Positions 11,701 through 26,700 are shown, numbered from the stretch's first letter. The stretch is 64,000 nucleotides of DNA from the human T2T-CHM13v2.0 reference genome, Homo sapiens (GCF_009914755.1 NC_060927.1), one strand, 5' to 3'. Numbers and translations: made by a program. Notes: generated from the letters alone by a model not told the origin.

Positions 11701-14700
11701 GGAAAGTTCAACTCTGAGAGTTGAATACACACCAGAAAAAGCAGTTACTGAGAAGTCTTCTGTCTAGCATTATATGAAGAAATCCCATTTCCAACGAAGA
11801 CTTCAAAGAGGTCCAAATATCCACTTGCAGATTCTGCAAAAAGAGTGTTTCGAAACAACTGTATGAAAAGAAAGGTTAAACACTGTGAGTTGAACGCACA
11901 CATTGCAAAGCAGTTTCTGAGAATGATTCCGTCTAATTATTATACGAAGGTATTTCCTTTTCTATCATTGGCCTCAAAGCGCTTGATACCTCCACCTGAA
12001 AATTCCACAAAAAGAGTGTTTCCAATCTACTCTGTCTAAAGGAACGTTCAACTCTGTGAGTTGAATACACACACACAGAAAGAATTCACTGAGAATTCTT
12101 CTGTCTGGCATTACATGAAGAAATCCCGTTTCCAACGAAGGCCTCAAAGAGGTCCAAATATCCACTTGCAGATTCTGCAAAAAGAGGGTTTCAAAACCGC
12201 TCCATTAAAAGGAATGTTGAACTCTGTGAGTTGAATGCAAACATCACAACTCAGTTTCTGAGAATGCTTCTGACTAGATTTTATGGTAAGATATTTCCTT
12301 TTCTACCGTAGGCTTCAATGCCCTCTAAATACACCCTTGCAAATTCTACAAAGAGACTGCTTCATAACTGCTCTATAGGAGGAAAGGTTCAACTCTGTGA
12401 GTTGAATGCAGAGATCACAACGTGGTTTCTGCGAATGATTCTTTGTAGTTTTTACATGAAGATATTTCGTTGTCTACCGTAGGCTTCAAAGCACTCAAAG
12501 TATTCACTTGGAACTTTCACAAAAAGAGTGTTAGAAAACTGCTCTTTCCAAAGTAAGGTTCAACTCTGTGAGTTGAATGCACACATAACAAACAAGAAGT
12601 TTCTGAGAATTCTTCTGTCCTGGTTTATATGAAGAAATCCCGTTTCCAACGAAGGCCTCAAAGACGTTTAAATATCCACTAGCAGACTTCACAAACAGAG
12701 TGTTTCCAAACTGCTCTATGAAAAGAAAGGGTAAACACTGTGAGTTGAACGCACACATCACAAAGTAGTTTCTGAGAATGATACTGTCTAGTTTTTATAC
12801 GAAGATATTTCCTTTTGTACCATTGGCCTCATACTGCTAGAATTTTCCACTTGCAAATTCCACAAAAAGAGTGTTTCCAATCTGCTCTGTCTAAAGGAAG
12901 GTTCAACTCTGTGAGTTGAGTACACACACACACAAAGAAGCTACTGAGAATTCTTTTGTCAAGAATTATAAGAAGAAATCCCGTTTCCAACCAAGGCCTC
13001 AAAGAGTTCCAAATATCCACTTGCACACTGCACAAACTAAGTCTTTCCATACTGCTCTATGCAAAGAAATGTTCAAATCTGTGAGTTTAATACACACATC
13101 ACAAAGCAGTTTCTGAGAATGATACTGTCTAGTTTTTATACGAAGATATTTCCTTTTGTACCATTGGCCTCATACTGCTAGAATTTTCCACTTGCAAATT
13201 CCACAAAAAGAGTGTTTCCAATCCGCTCTGTCTAAAGGAAGGTTCAACTCTCTGATTTGAATACATACATCCCAAAAGAAGTTACTGAGAATTCTTCTGT
13301 CTAGCATTATGTGAAGAAATCCCGTTTCCAACGAAAGCCTCAAAGAGGCCCAAATATCCAGTTGCAGCATTTACAAACTGACTGTTTCCAAACTCATCTA
13401 TGAAAAGAAAGGTTAAACTCTGTGAGTTGAATGCACATATCACAAAGTAGTTCCTGAGAATGATTCTGTCTAGTTTTTATACGAAGATATTTCCTTTTCC
13501 ACCAATGGCCTCAAAGTGCTTGAAATCTCCCCTTGCAAATTCCACAGACAAGTGTCTCAAATCTGCACTGTCTAAAGGAAGGTTCAACCCTGTGAGTTGA
13601 ATACACACACACAGAAAAAAATTCACTGAGAATTCTATTGTCTATCATTACACGAAGAAATCCCGTTTACTACGAAGGCCTCAAAGAGGTCCAAATATCC
13701 AGCTGCAGACATTACAAACTGAGTGTTTCCAAAGTGCTCTATGAAAAGAAGTGTTAAACACTGTGAGTTCAATGCACACATCCCAAAGCAGTTTCTGAGA
13801 ATGATTCCGTCTATTTTTTCTACGAAGATATTTCCTTTTCTACCGTTGGCCTCAAAGTGCTTGAAATCTACACTTGCAAATTCCACAAAAAGAGAGTTTC
13901 AAATCTGCTCTGTCTAAAGGAAGGTTCAACTCTGTGAGTTGAATACACACCACAAAAAGAAGTTACTGAGAATTCTTCTGTCTAGCATTATATGAAAAAT
14001 CCCGTTTCCAACGAAGGCCACAAAGAGGTCCAAATATCCACTTGCAGATTCTGCAAAAAGAGTGTTTCCAAACTGCTCTATGAAAAGAAACGTTAAACTC
14101 TGTGAGTTGAACGCAAACATCACAAAGTAGTTTCTGAGAATGACTCCGTCTAGTTTTTATACGAAGATATTTCCTTTTCTACCATTCACTTCAAAGCGCT
14201 TGAAGTCTCCCCCTGAAAATTCCACAAAAAGTGTTTCCAATCTGCTCCGCCTAAAGGAAGCTTCAACTCTGTGACTTGAATACCCACAACCCAAAGAAGT
14301 TACTGAGAATTCTTCTGTCTAGCATTATATGAAGAAATCCCGTTTCCAACGAAGGCCTCAAATACATCCAAATATCCAGTTGCTGACTTTACAAACTGAG
14401 TGTTTCCAAACTGCTCTATGAAAAGAAAGGTTAAACACTGTGAGTTGAACACACACGTACCAAAGTAGTTTCTGAGAATGATTCTGTCTAGTTTGCATAC
14501 GAAGATATTTCCTTTTCTACCATTGGCCTCAAAGCTCTGAAATCTCCACTTGCAAATTCCACAAAAAGAGAGTTTCAAATCTGCTGTTTGTAAAGGAAAG
14601 TTCAACTCTGAGAGTTGAATACACACCAGAAAAAGCAGTTACTGAGAAGTCTTCTGTCTAGCATTATATGAAGAAATCCCATTTCCAACGAAGACTTCAA

Positions 14701-17700
14701 AGAGGTCCAAATATCCACTTGCAGATTCTGCAAAAAGAGTGTTTCGAAACAACTGTATGAAAAGAAAGGTTAAACACTGTGAGTTGAACGCACACATTGC
14801 AAAGCAGTTTCTGAGAATGATTCCGTCTAATTATTATACGAAGGTATTTCCTTTTCTATCATTGGCCTCAAAGCGCTTGATACCTCCACCTGAAAATTCC
14901 ACAAAAAGAGTGTTTCCAATCTACTCTGTCTAAAGGAACGTTCAACTCTGTGAGTTGAATACACACACACAGAAAGAATTCACTGAGAATTCTTCTGTCT
15001 GGCATTACATGAAGAAATCCCGTTTCCAACGAAGGCCTCAAAGAGGTCCAAATATCCACTTGCAGATTCTGCAAAAAGAGTGTTTCAAAACCGCTCCATT
15101 AAAAGGAATGTTGAACTCTGTGAGTTGAATGCAAACATCACAACTCAGTTTCTGAGAATGCTTCTGACTAGATTTTATGGTAAGATATTTCCTTTTCTAC
15201 CGTAGGCTTCAATGCCCTGTAAATACACCCTTGCAAATTCTACAAAGAGACTGTTTCATAACTGCTCTATAGGAGGAAAGGTTCAACTCTGTGAGTTGAA
15301 TGCAGAGATCACAACGTGGTTTCTGTGAATGATTCTTTGTAGTTTTTACATGAAGATATTTCGTTGTCTACCGTAGGCTTCAAAGCACTCAAAGTATTCA
15401 CTTGGAACTTTTACAAAAAGAGTGTTAGAAAACTGCTCTTTCCAAAGTAAGGTTCAACTCTGTGAGTTGAATGCACACATAACAAACAAGAAGTTTCTGA
15501 GAATTCTTCTGTCCTGGTTTATATGAAGAAATCCCGTTTCCAACGAAGGCCTCAAAGACGTTTAAATATCCACTTGCAGACTTCACAAACAGAGTGTTTC
15601 CAAACTGCTCTATGAAAAGAAAGGGTAAACACTGTGAGTTGAACGCACACCTCACAAAGTAGTTTCTGAGAATGATACTGTCTAGTTTTTATACGAAGAT
15701 ATTTCCTTTTGTACCACTGGCCTCATACTGCTAGAATTTTCCACTTGCAAATTCCACAAAAAGAGTGTTTCCAATCTGCTCTGTCTAAAGGAAGGTTCAA
15801 CTCTGTGAGTTGAGTACACACACACAAAGAAGCTACTGAGAATTCTTTTGTCAAGAATTATAAGAAGAAATCCCGTTTCCAACCAAGGCCTCAAAGAGTT
15901 CCAAATATCCACTTGCACACTGCACAAACTAAGTCTTTCCATACTGCTCTATGCAAAGAAATGTTCAACTCTGTGAGTTTAATACACACATCACAAAGCA
16001 GTTTCTGAGAATGATACTGTCTAGTTTTTATACGAAGATATTTCCTTTTGTACCATTGGCCTCATACTGCTAGAATTTTCCACTTGCAAATTCCACAAAA
16101 AGAGTGTTTCCAATCCGCTCTGTCTAAAGGAAGGTTCAACTCTCTGATTTGAATACATACATCCCAAAAAAAGTTACTGAGAATTCTTCTGTCTAGCATT
16201 ATGTGAAGAAATCCCGTTTCCAACGAAAGCCTCAAAGAGGCCCAAATATCCAGTTGCAGCATTTACAAACTGACTGTTTCCAAACTCATCTATGAAAAGA
16301 AAGGTTAAACTCTGTGAGTTGAATGCACATATCACAAAGTAGTTCCTGAGAATGATTCTGTCTAGTTTTTATACGAAGATATTTCCTTTTCCACCAATGG
16401 CCTCAAAGTGCTTGAAATCTCCCCTTGCAAATTCCACAGACAAGTGTCTCAAATCTGCACTGTCTAAAGGAAGGTTCAACCCTGTGAGTTGAATACACAC
16501 ACACAGAAAAAAATTCACTGAGAATTCTATTGTCTATCATTACACGAAGAAATCCCGTTTACTACGAAGGCCTCATAGAGGTCCAAATATCCAGCTGCAG
16601 ACATTACAAACTGAGTGTTTCCAAAGTGCTCTATGAAAAGAAGTGTTAAACACTGTGAGTTCAATGCACACATCCCAAAGCAGTTTCTGAGAATGATTCC
16701 GTCTATTTTTTCTACGAAGATATTTCCTTTTCTACCGTTGGCCTCAAAGCGCTTGAAATCTCCACTTGCAAATTCCACAAAAAGAGAGTTTCAAATCTGC
16801 TCTGTCTAAAGGAAGGTTCAACTCTGTGAGTTGAATACACACCACAAAAAGAAGTTACTGAGAATTCTTCTGTCTAGCATTATATGAAAAATCCCGTTTC
16901 CAACGAAGGCCACAAAGAGGTCCAAATATCCACTTGCAGATTCTGCAAAAAGAGTGTTTCCAAACTGCTCTATGAAAAGAAACGTTAAACTCTGTGAGTT
17001 GAACGCAAACATCACAAAGTAGTTTCTGAGAATGACTCCGTCTAGTTTTTATACGAAGATATTTCCTTTTCTACCATTCACTTCAAAGCGCTTGAAGTCT
17101 CCCCCTGAAAATTCCACAAAAAGTGTTTCCAATCTGCTCCGCCTAAAGGAAGCTTCAACTCTGTGAGTTGAATACCCACAACCCAAAGAAGTTACTGAGA
17201 ATTCTTCTGTCTAGCATTATATGAAGAAATCCCGTTTCCAACGAAGGCCTCAAATACATCCAAATATCCAGTTGCTGACTTTACAAACTGAGTGTTTCCA
17301 AACTGCTCTATGAAAAGAAAGGTTAAACACTGTGAGTTGAACACACACGTACCAAAGTAGTTTCTGAGAATGATTCTGTCTAGTTTGCATACGAAGATAT
17401 TTCCTTTTCTACCATTGGCCTCAAAGCTTTGAAATCTCCACTTGCAAATTCCACAAAAAGAGAGTTTCAACTCTGCTGTTTCTAAAGGAAAGTTCAACTC
17501 TGAGAGTTGAATACACACCAGAAAAAGCAGTTACTGAGAAGTCTTCTGTCTAGCATTATATGAAGAAATCCCATTTCCAACGAAGACTTCAAAGAGGTCC
17601 AAATATCCACTTGCAGATTCTGCAAAAAGAGTGTTTCGAAACAACTGTATGAAAAGAAAGGTTAAACACTGTGAGTTGAACGCACACATTGCAAAGCAGT

Positions 17701-20700
17701 TTCTGAGAATGATTCCGTCTAATTATTATACGAAGGTATTTCCTTTTCTATCATTGGCCTCAAAGCGCTTGATACCTCCACCTGAAAATTCCACAAAAAG
17801 AGTGTTTCCAATCTACTCTGTCTAAAGGAACGTTCAACTCTGTGAGTTGAATACACACACACAGAAAGAATTCACTGAGAATTCTTCTGTCTGGCATTAC
17901 ATGAAGAAATCCCGTTTCCAACGAAGGCCTCAAAGAGGTCCAAATATCCACTTGCAGATTCTGCAAAAAGAGTGTTTCAAAACCGCTCCATTAAAAGGAA
18001 TGTTGAACTCTGTGAGTTGAATGCAAACATCACAACTCAGTTGCTGAGAATGCTTCTGACTAGATTTTATGGTAAGATATTTCCTTTTCTACCGTAGGCT
18101 TCAATGCCCTGTAAATACACCCTTGCAAATTCTACAAAGAGACTGTTTCATAACTGCTCTATAGGAGGAAAGGTTCAACTCTGTGAGTTGAATGCAGAGA
18201 TCACAACGTGGTTTCTGCGAATGATTCTTTGTAGTTTTTACATGAAGATATTTCGTTGTCTACCGTAGGCTTCAAAGCACTCAAAGTATTCACTTGGAAC
18301 TTTTACAAAAAGAGTGTTAGAAAACTGCTCTTTCCAAAGTAAGGTTCAACTCTGTGAGTTGAATGCACACATAACAAACAAGAAGTTTCTGAGAATTCTT
18401 CTGTCCTGGTTTATATGAAGAAATCCCGTTTCCAACGAAGGCCTCAAAGACGTTTAAATATCCACTTGCAGACTTCACAAACAGAGTGTTTCCAAACTGC
18501 TCTATGAAAAGAAAGGGTAAACACTGTGAGTTGAACGCACACCTCACAAAGTAGTTTCTGAGAATGATACTGTCTAGTTTTTATACGAAGATATTTCCTT
18601 TTGTACCATTGGCCTCATACTGCTAGAATTTTCCACTTGCAAATTCCACAAAAAGAGTGTTTCCAATCTGCTCTGTCTAAAGGAAGGTTCAACTCTGTGA
18701 GTTGAGTACACACACACAAAGAAGCTACTGAGAATTCTTTTGTCAAGAATTATAAGAAGAAATCCCGTTTCCAACCAAGGCCTCAAAGAGTTCCAAATAT
18801 CCACTTGCACACTGCACAAACTAAGTCTTTCCATACTGCTCTATGCAAAGAAATGTTCAAATCTGTGAGTTTAATACACACATCACAAAGCAGTTTCTGA
18901 GAATGATACTGTCTAGTTTTTATACGAAGATATTTCCTTTTGTACCATTGGCCTCATACTGCTAGAATTTGCCACTTGCAAATTCCACAAAAAGAGTGTT
19001 TCCAATCCGCTCTGTCTAAAGGAAGGTTCAACTCTCTGATTTGAATACATACATCCCAAAAGAAGTTACTGAGAATTCTTCTGTCTAGCATTATGTGAAG
19101 AAATCCCGTTTCCAACGAAAGCCTCAAAGAGGCCCAAATATCCAGTTGCAGCATTTACAAACTGACTGTTTCCAAACTCATCTATGAAAAGAAAGGTTAA
19201 ACTCTGTGAGTTGAATGCACATATCACAAAGTAGTTCCTGAGAATGATTCTGTCTAGTTTTTATACGAAGATATTTCCTTTTCCACCAATGGCCTCAAAG
19301 TGCTTGAAATCTCCCCTTGCAAATTCCACAGACAAGTGTCTCAAATCTGCACTGTCTAAAGGAAGGTTCAACCCTGTGAGTTGAATACACACACACAGAA
19401 AAAAATTCACTGAGAATTCTATTGTCTATCATTACACGAAGAAATCCCGTTTACTACGAAGGCCTCAAAGAGGTCCAAATATCCAGCTGCAGACATTACA
19501 AACTGAGTGTTTCCAAAGTGCTCTATGAAAAGAAGTGTTAAACACTGTGAGTTCAATGCACACATCCCAAAGCAGTTTCTGAGAATGATTCCGTCTATTT
19601 TTTCTACGAAGATATTTCCTTTTCTACCGTTGGCCTCAAAGCGCTTGAAATCTCCACTTGCAAATTCCACAAAAAGAGAGTTTCAAATCTGCTCTGTCTA
19701 AAGGAAGGTTCAACTCTGTGAGTTGAATACACACCACAAAAAGAAGTTACTGAGAATTCTTCTGTCTAGCATTATATGAAAAATCCCGTTTCCAACGAAG
19801 GCCACAAAGAGGTCCAAATATCCACTTGCAGATTCTGCAAAAAGAGTGTTTCCAAACTGCTCTATGAAAAGAAACGTTAAACTCTGTGAGTTGAACGCAA
19901 ACATCACAAAGTAGTTTCTGAGAATGACTCCGTCTAGTTTTTATACGAAGATATTTCCTTTTCTACCATTCACTTCAAAGCGCTTGAAGTCTCCCCCTGA
20001 AAATTCCACAAAAAGTGTTTCCAATCTGCTCCGCCTAAAGGAAGCTTCAACTCTGTGAGTTGAATACCCACAACCCAAAGAAGTTACTGAGAATTCTTCT
20101 GTCTAGCATTATATGAAGAAATCCCGTTTCCAACGAAGGCCTCAAATACATCCAAATATCCAGTTGCTGACTTTACAAACTGAGTGTTTCCAAACTGCTC
20201 TATGAAAAGAAAGGTTAAACACTGTGACTTGAACACACACGTACCAAAGTAGTTTCTGAGAATGATTCTGTCTAGTTTGCATACGAAGATATTTCCTTTT
20301 CTACCATTGGCCTCAAAGCTTTGAAATCTCCACTTGCAAATTCCACAAAAAGAGAGTTTCAACTCTGCTGTTTCTAAAGGAAAGTTCAACTCTGAGAGTT
20401 GAATACACACCAGAAAAAGCAGTTACTGAGAAGTCTTCTGTCTAGCATTATATGAAGAAATCCCATTTCCAACGAAGACTTCAAAGAGGTCCAAATATCC
20501 ACTTGCAGATTCTGCAAAAAGAGTGTTTCGAAACAACTGTATGAAAAGAAAGGTTAAACACTGTGAGTTGAACGCACACATTGCAAAGCAGTTTCTGAGA
20601 ATGATTCCGTCTAATTATTATACGAAGGTATTTCCTTTTCTATCATTGGCCTCAAAGCGCTTGATACCTCCACCTGAAAATTCCACAAAAAGAGTGTTTC

Positions 20701-23700
20701 CAATCTACTCTGTCTAAAGGAACGTTCAACTCCGTGAGTTGAATACACACACACAGAAAGAATTCACTGAGAATTCTTCTGTCTGGCATTACATGAAGAA
20801 ATCCCGTTTCCAACGAAGGCCTCAAAGAGGTCCAAATATCCACTTGCAGATTCTGCAAAAAGAGTGTTTCAAAACCGCTCCATTAAAAGGAATGTTGAAC
20901 TCTGTGAGTTGAATGCAAACATCACAACTCAGTTTCTGAGAATGCTTCTGACTAGATTTTATGGTAAGATATTTCCTTTTCTACCGTAGGCTTCAATGCC
21001 CTGTAAATACACCCTTGCAAATTCTACAAAGAGACTGTTTCATAACTGCTCTATAGGAGGAAAGGTTCAACTCTGTGAGTTGAATGCAGAGATCACAACA
21101 TGGTTTCTGCGAATGATTCTTTGTAGTTTTTACATGAAGATATTTCGTTGTCTACCGTAGGCTTCAAAGCACTCAAAGTATTCACTTGGAACTTTTACAA
21201 AAAGAGTGTTAGAAAACTGCTCTTTCCAAAGTAAGGTTCAACTCTGTGAGTTGAATGCACACATAACAACAAGAAGTTTCTGAGAATTCTTCTGTCCTGG
21301 TTTATATGAAGAAATCCCGTTTCCAACGAAGGCCTCAAAGACGTTTAAATATCCACTTGCAGACTTCACAAACAGAGTGTTTCCAAACTGCTCTATGAAA
21401 AGAAAGGGTAAACACTGTGAGTTGAACGCACACCTCACAAAGTAGTTTCTGAGAATGATACTGTCTAGTTTTTATACGAAGATATTTCCTTTTGTACCAT
21501 TGGCCTCATACTGCTAGAATTTTCCACTTGCAAATTCCACAAAAAGAATATTTCCAATCTGCTCTGTCTAAAGGAAGGTTCAACTCTGTGAGTTGAGTAC
21601 ACACACACAAAGAAGCTACTGAGAATTCTTTTGTCAAGAATTATAAGAAGAAATCCCGTTTCCAACCAAGGCCTCAAAGAGTTCCAAATATCCACTTGCA
21701 CACTGCACAAACTAAGTCTTTCCATACTGCTCTATGCAAAGAAATGTTCAACTCTGTGAGTTTAATACACACATCACAAAGCAGTTTCTGAGAATGATAC
21801 TGTCTAGTTTTTATACGAAGATATTTCCTTTTGTACCATTGGCCTCATACTGCTAGAATTTTCCACTTGCAAATTCCACAAAAAGAGTGTTTCCAATCCG
21901 CTCTGTCTAAAGGAAGGTTCAACTCTCTGATTTGAATACATACATCCCAAAAGAAGTTACTGAGAATTCTTCTGTCTAGCATTATGTGAAGAAATCCCGT
22001 TTCCAACGAAAGCCTCAAAGAGGCCCAAATATCCAGTTGCAGCATTTACAAACTGACTGTTTCCAAACTCATCTATGAAAAGAAAGGTTAAACTCTGTGA
22101 GTTGAATGCACATATCACAAAGTAGTTCCTGAGAATGATTCTGTCTAGTTTTTATACGAAGATATTTCCTTTTCCACCAATGGCCTCAAAGTGCTTGAAA
22201 TCTCCCCTTGCAAATTCCACAGACAAGTGTCTCAAATCTGCACTGTCTAAAGGAAGGTTCAACCCTGTGAGTTGAATACACACACACAGAAAAAAATTCA
22301 CTGAGAATTCTATTGTCTATCATTACACGAAGAAATCCCGTTTACTACGAAGGCCTCAAAGAGGTCCAAATATCCAGCTGCAGACATTACAAACTGAGTG
22401 TTTCCAAAGTGCTCTATGAAAAGAAGTGTTAAACACTGTGAGTTCAATGCACACATCCCAAAGCAGTTTCTGAGAATGATTCCGTCTATTTTTTCTACGA
22501 AGATATTTCCTTTTCTGCCGTTGGCCTCAAAGCGCTTGAAATCTCCACTTGCAAATTCCACAAAAAGAGAGTTTCAAATCTGCTCTGTCTAAAGGAAGGT
22601 TCAACTCTGTGAGTTGAATACACACCACAAAAAGAAGTTACTGAGAATTCTTCTGTCTAGCATTATATGAAAAATCCCGTTTCCAACGAAGGCCACAAAG
22701 AGGTCCAAATATCCACTTGCAGATTCTGCAAAAAGAGTGTTTCCAAACTGCTCTATGAAAAGAAACGTTAAACTCTGTGAGTTGAATGCAAACATCACAA
22801 AGTAGTTTCTGAGAATGACTCCGTCTAGTTTTTATACGAAGATATTTCCTTTTCTACCATTCACTTCAAAGCGCTTGAAGTCTCCCCCTGAAAATTCCAC
22901 AAAAAGTGTTTCCAATCTGCTCCGCCTAAAGGAAGCTTCAACTCTGTGACTTGAATACCCACAACCCAAAGAAGTTACTGAGAATTCTTCTGTCTAGCAT
23001 TATATGAAGAAATCCCGTTTCCAACGAAGGCCTCAAATACATCCAAATATCCAGTTGCTGACTTTACAAACTGAGTGTTTCCAAACTGCTCTATGACAAG
23101 AAAGGTTAAACACTGTGAGTTGAACACACACGTACCAAAGTAGTTTCTGAGAATGATTCTGTCTAGTTTGCATACGAAGATATTTCCTTTTCTACCATTG
23201 GCCTCAAAGCTTTGAAATCTCCACTTGCAAATTCCACAAAAAGAGAGTTTCAACTCTGCTGTTTCTAAAGGAAAGTTCAACTCTGAGAGTTGAATACACA
23301 CCAGAAAAAGCAGTTACTGAGAAGTCTTCTGTCTAGCATTATATGAAGAAATCCCATTTCCAACGAAGACTTCAAAGAGGTCCAAATATCCACTTGCAGA
23401 TTCTGCAAAAAGAGTGTTTCGAAACAAAACTGTATGAAAAGAAAGGTTAAACACTGTGAGTTGAACGCACACATTGCAAAGCAGTTTCTGAGAATGATTC
23501 CGTCTAATTATTATACGAAGGTATTTCCTTTTCTATCATTGGCCTCAAAGCGCTTGATACCTCCACCTGAAAATTCCACAAAAAGAGTGTTTCCAATCTA
23601 CTCTGTCTAAAGGAACGTTCAACTCTGTGAGTTGAATACACACACACAGAAAGAATTCACTGAGAATTCTTCTGTCTGGCATTACATGAAGAAATCCCGT

Positions 23701-26700
23701 TTCCAACGCAGGCCTCAAAGAGGTCCAAATATCCACTTGCAGATTCTGCAAAAAGAGTGTTTCAAAACCGCTCCATTAAAAGGAATGTTGAACTCTGTGA
23801 GTTGAATGCAAACATCACAACTCAGTTTCTGAGAATGCTTCTGACTAGATTTTATGGTAAGATATTTCCTTTTCTACCGTAGGCTTCAATGCCCTGTAAA
23901 TACACCCTTGCAAATTCTACAAAGAGACTGTTTCATAACTGCTCTATAGGAGGAAAGGTTCAACTCTGTGAGTTAAATGCAGAGATCACAACGTGGTTTC
24001 TGCGAATGATTCTTTGTAGTTTTTACATGAAGATATTTCGTTGTCTACCGTAGGCTTCAAAGCACTCAAAGTATTCACTTGGAACTTTTACAAAAAGAGT
24101 GTTAGAAAACTGCTCTTTCCAAAGTAAGGTTCAACTCTGTGAGTTGAATGCACACATAACAAACAAGAAGTTTCTGAGAATTCTTCTGTCCTGGTTTATA
24201 TGAAGAAATCCCGTTTCCAACGAAGGCCTCAAAGACGTTTAAATATCCACTTGCAGACTTCACAAACAGAGTGTTTCCAAACTGCTCTATGAAAAGAAAG
24301 GGTAAACACTGTGAGTTGAACGCACACCTCACAAAGTAGTTTCTGAGAATGATACTGTCTAGTTTTTATACGAAGATATTTCCTTTTGTACCATTGGCCT
24401 CATACTGCTAGAATTTTCCACTTGCAAATTCCACAAAAAGAGTGTTTCCAATCTGCTCTGTCTAAAGGAAGGTTCAACTCTGTGAGTTGAGTACACACAC
24501 ACAAAGAAGCTACTGAGAATTCTTTTGTCAAGAATTATAAGAAGAAATCCCGTTTCCAACCAAGGCCTCAAAGAGTTCCAAATATCCACTTGCACACTGC
24601 ACAAACTAAGTCTTTCCATACTGCTCTATGCAAAGAAATGTTCAACTCTGTGAGTTTAATACACACATCACAAAGCAGTTTCTGAGAATGATACTGTCTA
24701 GTTTTTATACGAAGATATTTCCTTTTGTACCATTGGCCTCATACTGCTAGAATTTTCCACTTGCAAATTCCACAAAAAGAGTGTTTCCAATCCGCTCTGT
24801 CTAAAGGAAGGTTCAACTCTCTGATTTGAATACATACATCCCAAAAGAAGTTACTGAGAATTCTTCTGTCTAGCATTATGTGAAGAAATCCCGTTTCCAA
24901 CGAAAGCCTCAAAGAGGCCCAAATATCCAGTTGCAGCATTTACAAACTGACTGTTTCCAAACTCATCTATGAAAAGAAAGGTTAAACTCTGTGAGTTGAA
25001 TGCACATATCACAAAGTAGTTCCTGAGAATGATTCTGTCTAGTTTTTATACGAAGATATTTCCTTTTCCACCAATGGCCTCAAAGTGCTTGAAATCTCCC
25101 CTTGCAAATTCCACAGACAAGTGTCTCAAATCTGCACTGTCTAAAGGAAGGTTCAACCCTGTGAGTTGAATACACACACACAGAAAAAAATTCACTGAGA
25201 ATTCTATTGTCTATCATTACACGAAGAAATCCCGTTTACTACGAAGGCCTCAAAGAGGTCCAAATATCCAGCTGCAGACATTACAAACTGAGTGTTTCCA
25301 AAGTGCTCTATGAAAAGAAGTGTTAAACACTGTGAGTTCAATGCACACATCCCAAAGCAGTTTCTGAGAATGATTCCGTCTATTTTTTCTACGAAGATAT
25401 TTCCTTTTCTACCGTTGGCCTCAAAGTGCTTGAAATCTCCACTTGCAAATTCCACAAAAAGAGAGTTTCAAATCTGCTCTGTCTAAAGGAAGGTTCAACT
25501 CTGTGAGTTGAATACACACCACAAAAAGAAGTTACTGAGAATTCTTCTGTCTAGCATTATATGAAAAATCCCGTTTCCAACGAAGGCCACAAAGAGGTCC
25601 AAATATCCACTTGCAGATTCTGCAAAAAGAGTGTTTCCAAACTGCTCTATGAAAAGAAACGTTAAACTCTGTGAGTTGAACGCAAACATCACAAAGTAGT
25701 TTCTGAGAATGACTCCGTCTAGTTTTTATACGAAGATATTTCCTTTTCTACCATTCACTTCAAAGCGCTTGAAGTCTCCCCCTGAAAATTCCACAAAAAG
25801 TGTTTCCAATCTGCTCCGCCTAAAGGAAGCTTCAACTCTGTGAGTTGAATACCCACAACCCAAAGAAGTTACTGAGAATTCTTCTGTCTAGCACTATATG
25901 AAGAAATCCCGTTTCCAACGAAGGCCTCAAATACATCCAAATATCCAGTTGCTGACTTTACAAACTGAGTGTTTCCAAACTGCTCTATGAAAAGAAAGGT
26001 TAAACACTGTGAGTTGAACACACACGTACCAAAGTAGTTTCTGAGAATGATTCTGTCTAGTTTGCATACGAAGATATTTCCTTTTCTACCATTGGCCTCA
26101 AAGCTTTGAAATCTCCACTTGCAAATTCCACAAAAAGAGAGTTTCAACTCTGCTGTTTCTAAAGGAAAGTTCAACTCTGAGAGTTGAATACACACCAGAA
26201 AAAGCAGTTACTGAGAAGTCTTCTGTCTAGCATTATATGAAGAAATCCCATTTCCAACGAAGACTTCAAAGAGGTCCAAATATCCACTTGCAGATTCTGC
26301 AAAAAGAGTGTTTCGAAACAACTGTATGAAAAGAAAGGTTAAACACTGTGAGTTGAACGCACACATTGCAAAGCAGTTTCTGAGAATGATTCCGTCTAAT
26401 TATTATACGAAGGTATTTCCTTTTCTATCATTGGCCTCAAAGCGCTTGATACCTCCACCTGAAAATTCCACAAAAAGAGTGTTTCCAATCTACTCTGTCT
26501 AAAGGAACGTTCAACTCTGTGAGTTGAATACACACACACAGAAAGAATTCACTGAGAATTCTTCTGTCTGGCATTACATGAAGAAATCCCGTTTCCAACG
26601 AAGGCCTCAAAGAGGTCCAAATATCCACTTGCAGATTCTGCAAAAAGAGTGTTTCAAAACCGCTCCATTAAAAGGAATGTTGAACTCTGTGAGTTGAATG

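Larger units (their letters stand above)
1..19139. repeat. Recent multi-HOR tandem duplication, period 11,570 bp (4 HORs): 1-~7569 matches 11571-~19139
   Basis: The same ordered series of rare variants occurs in HOR1-3 and HOR5-7 at an exact offset of 11,570 (details in findings). Confidence 0.88.
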
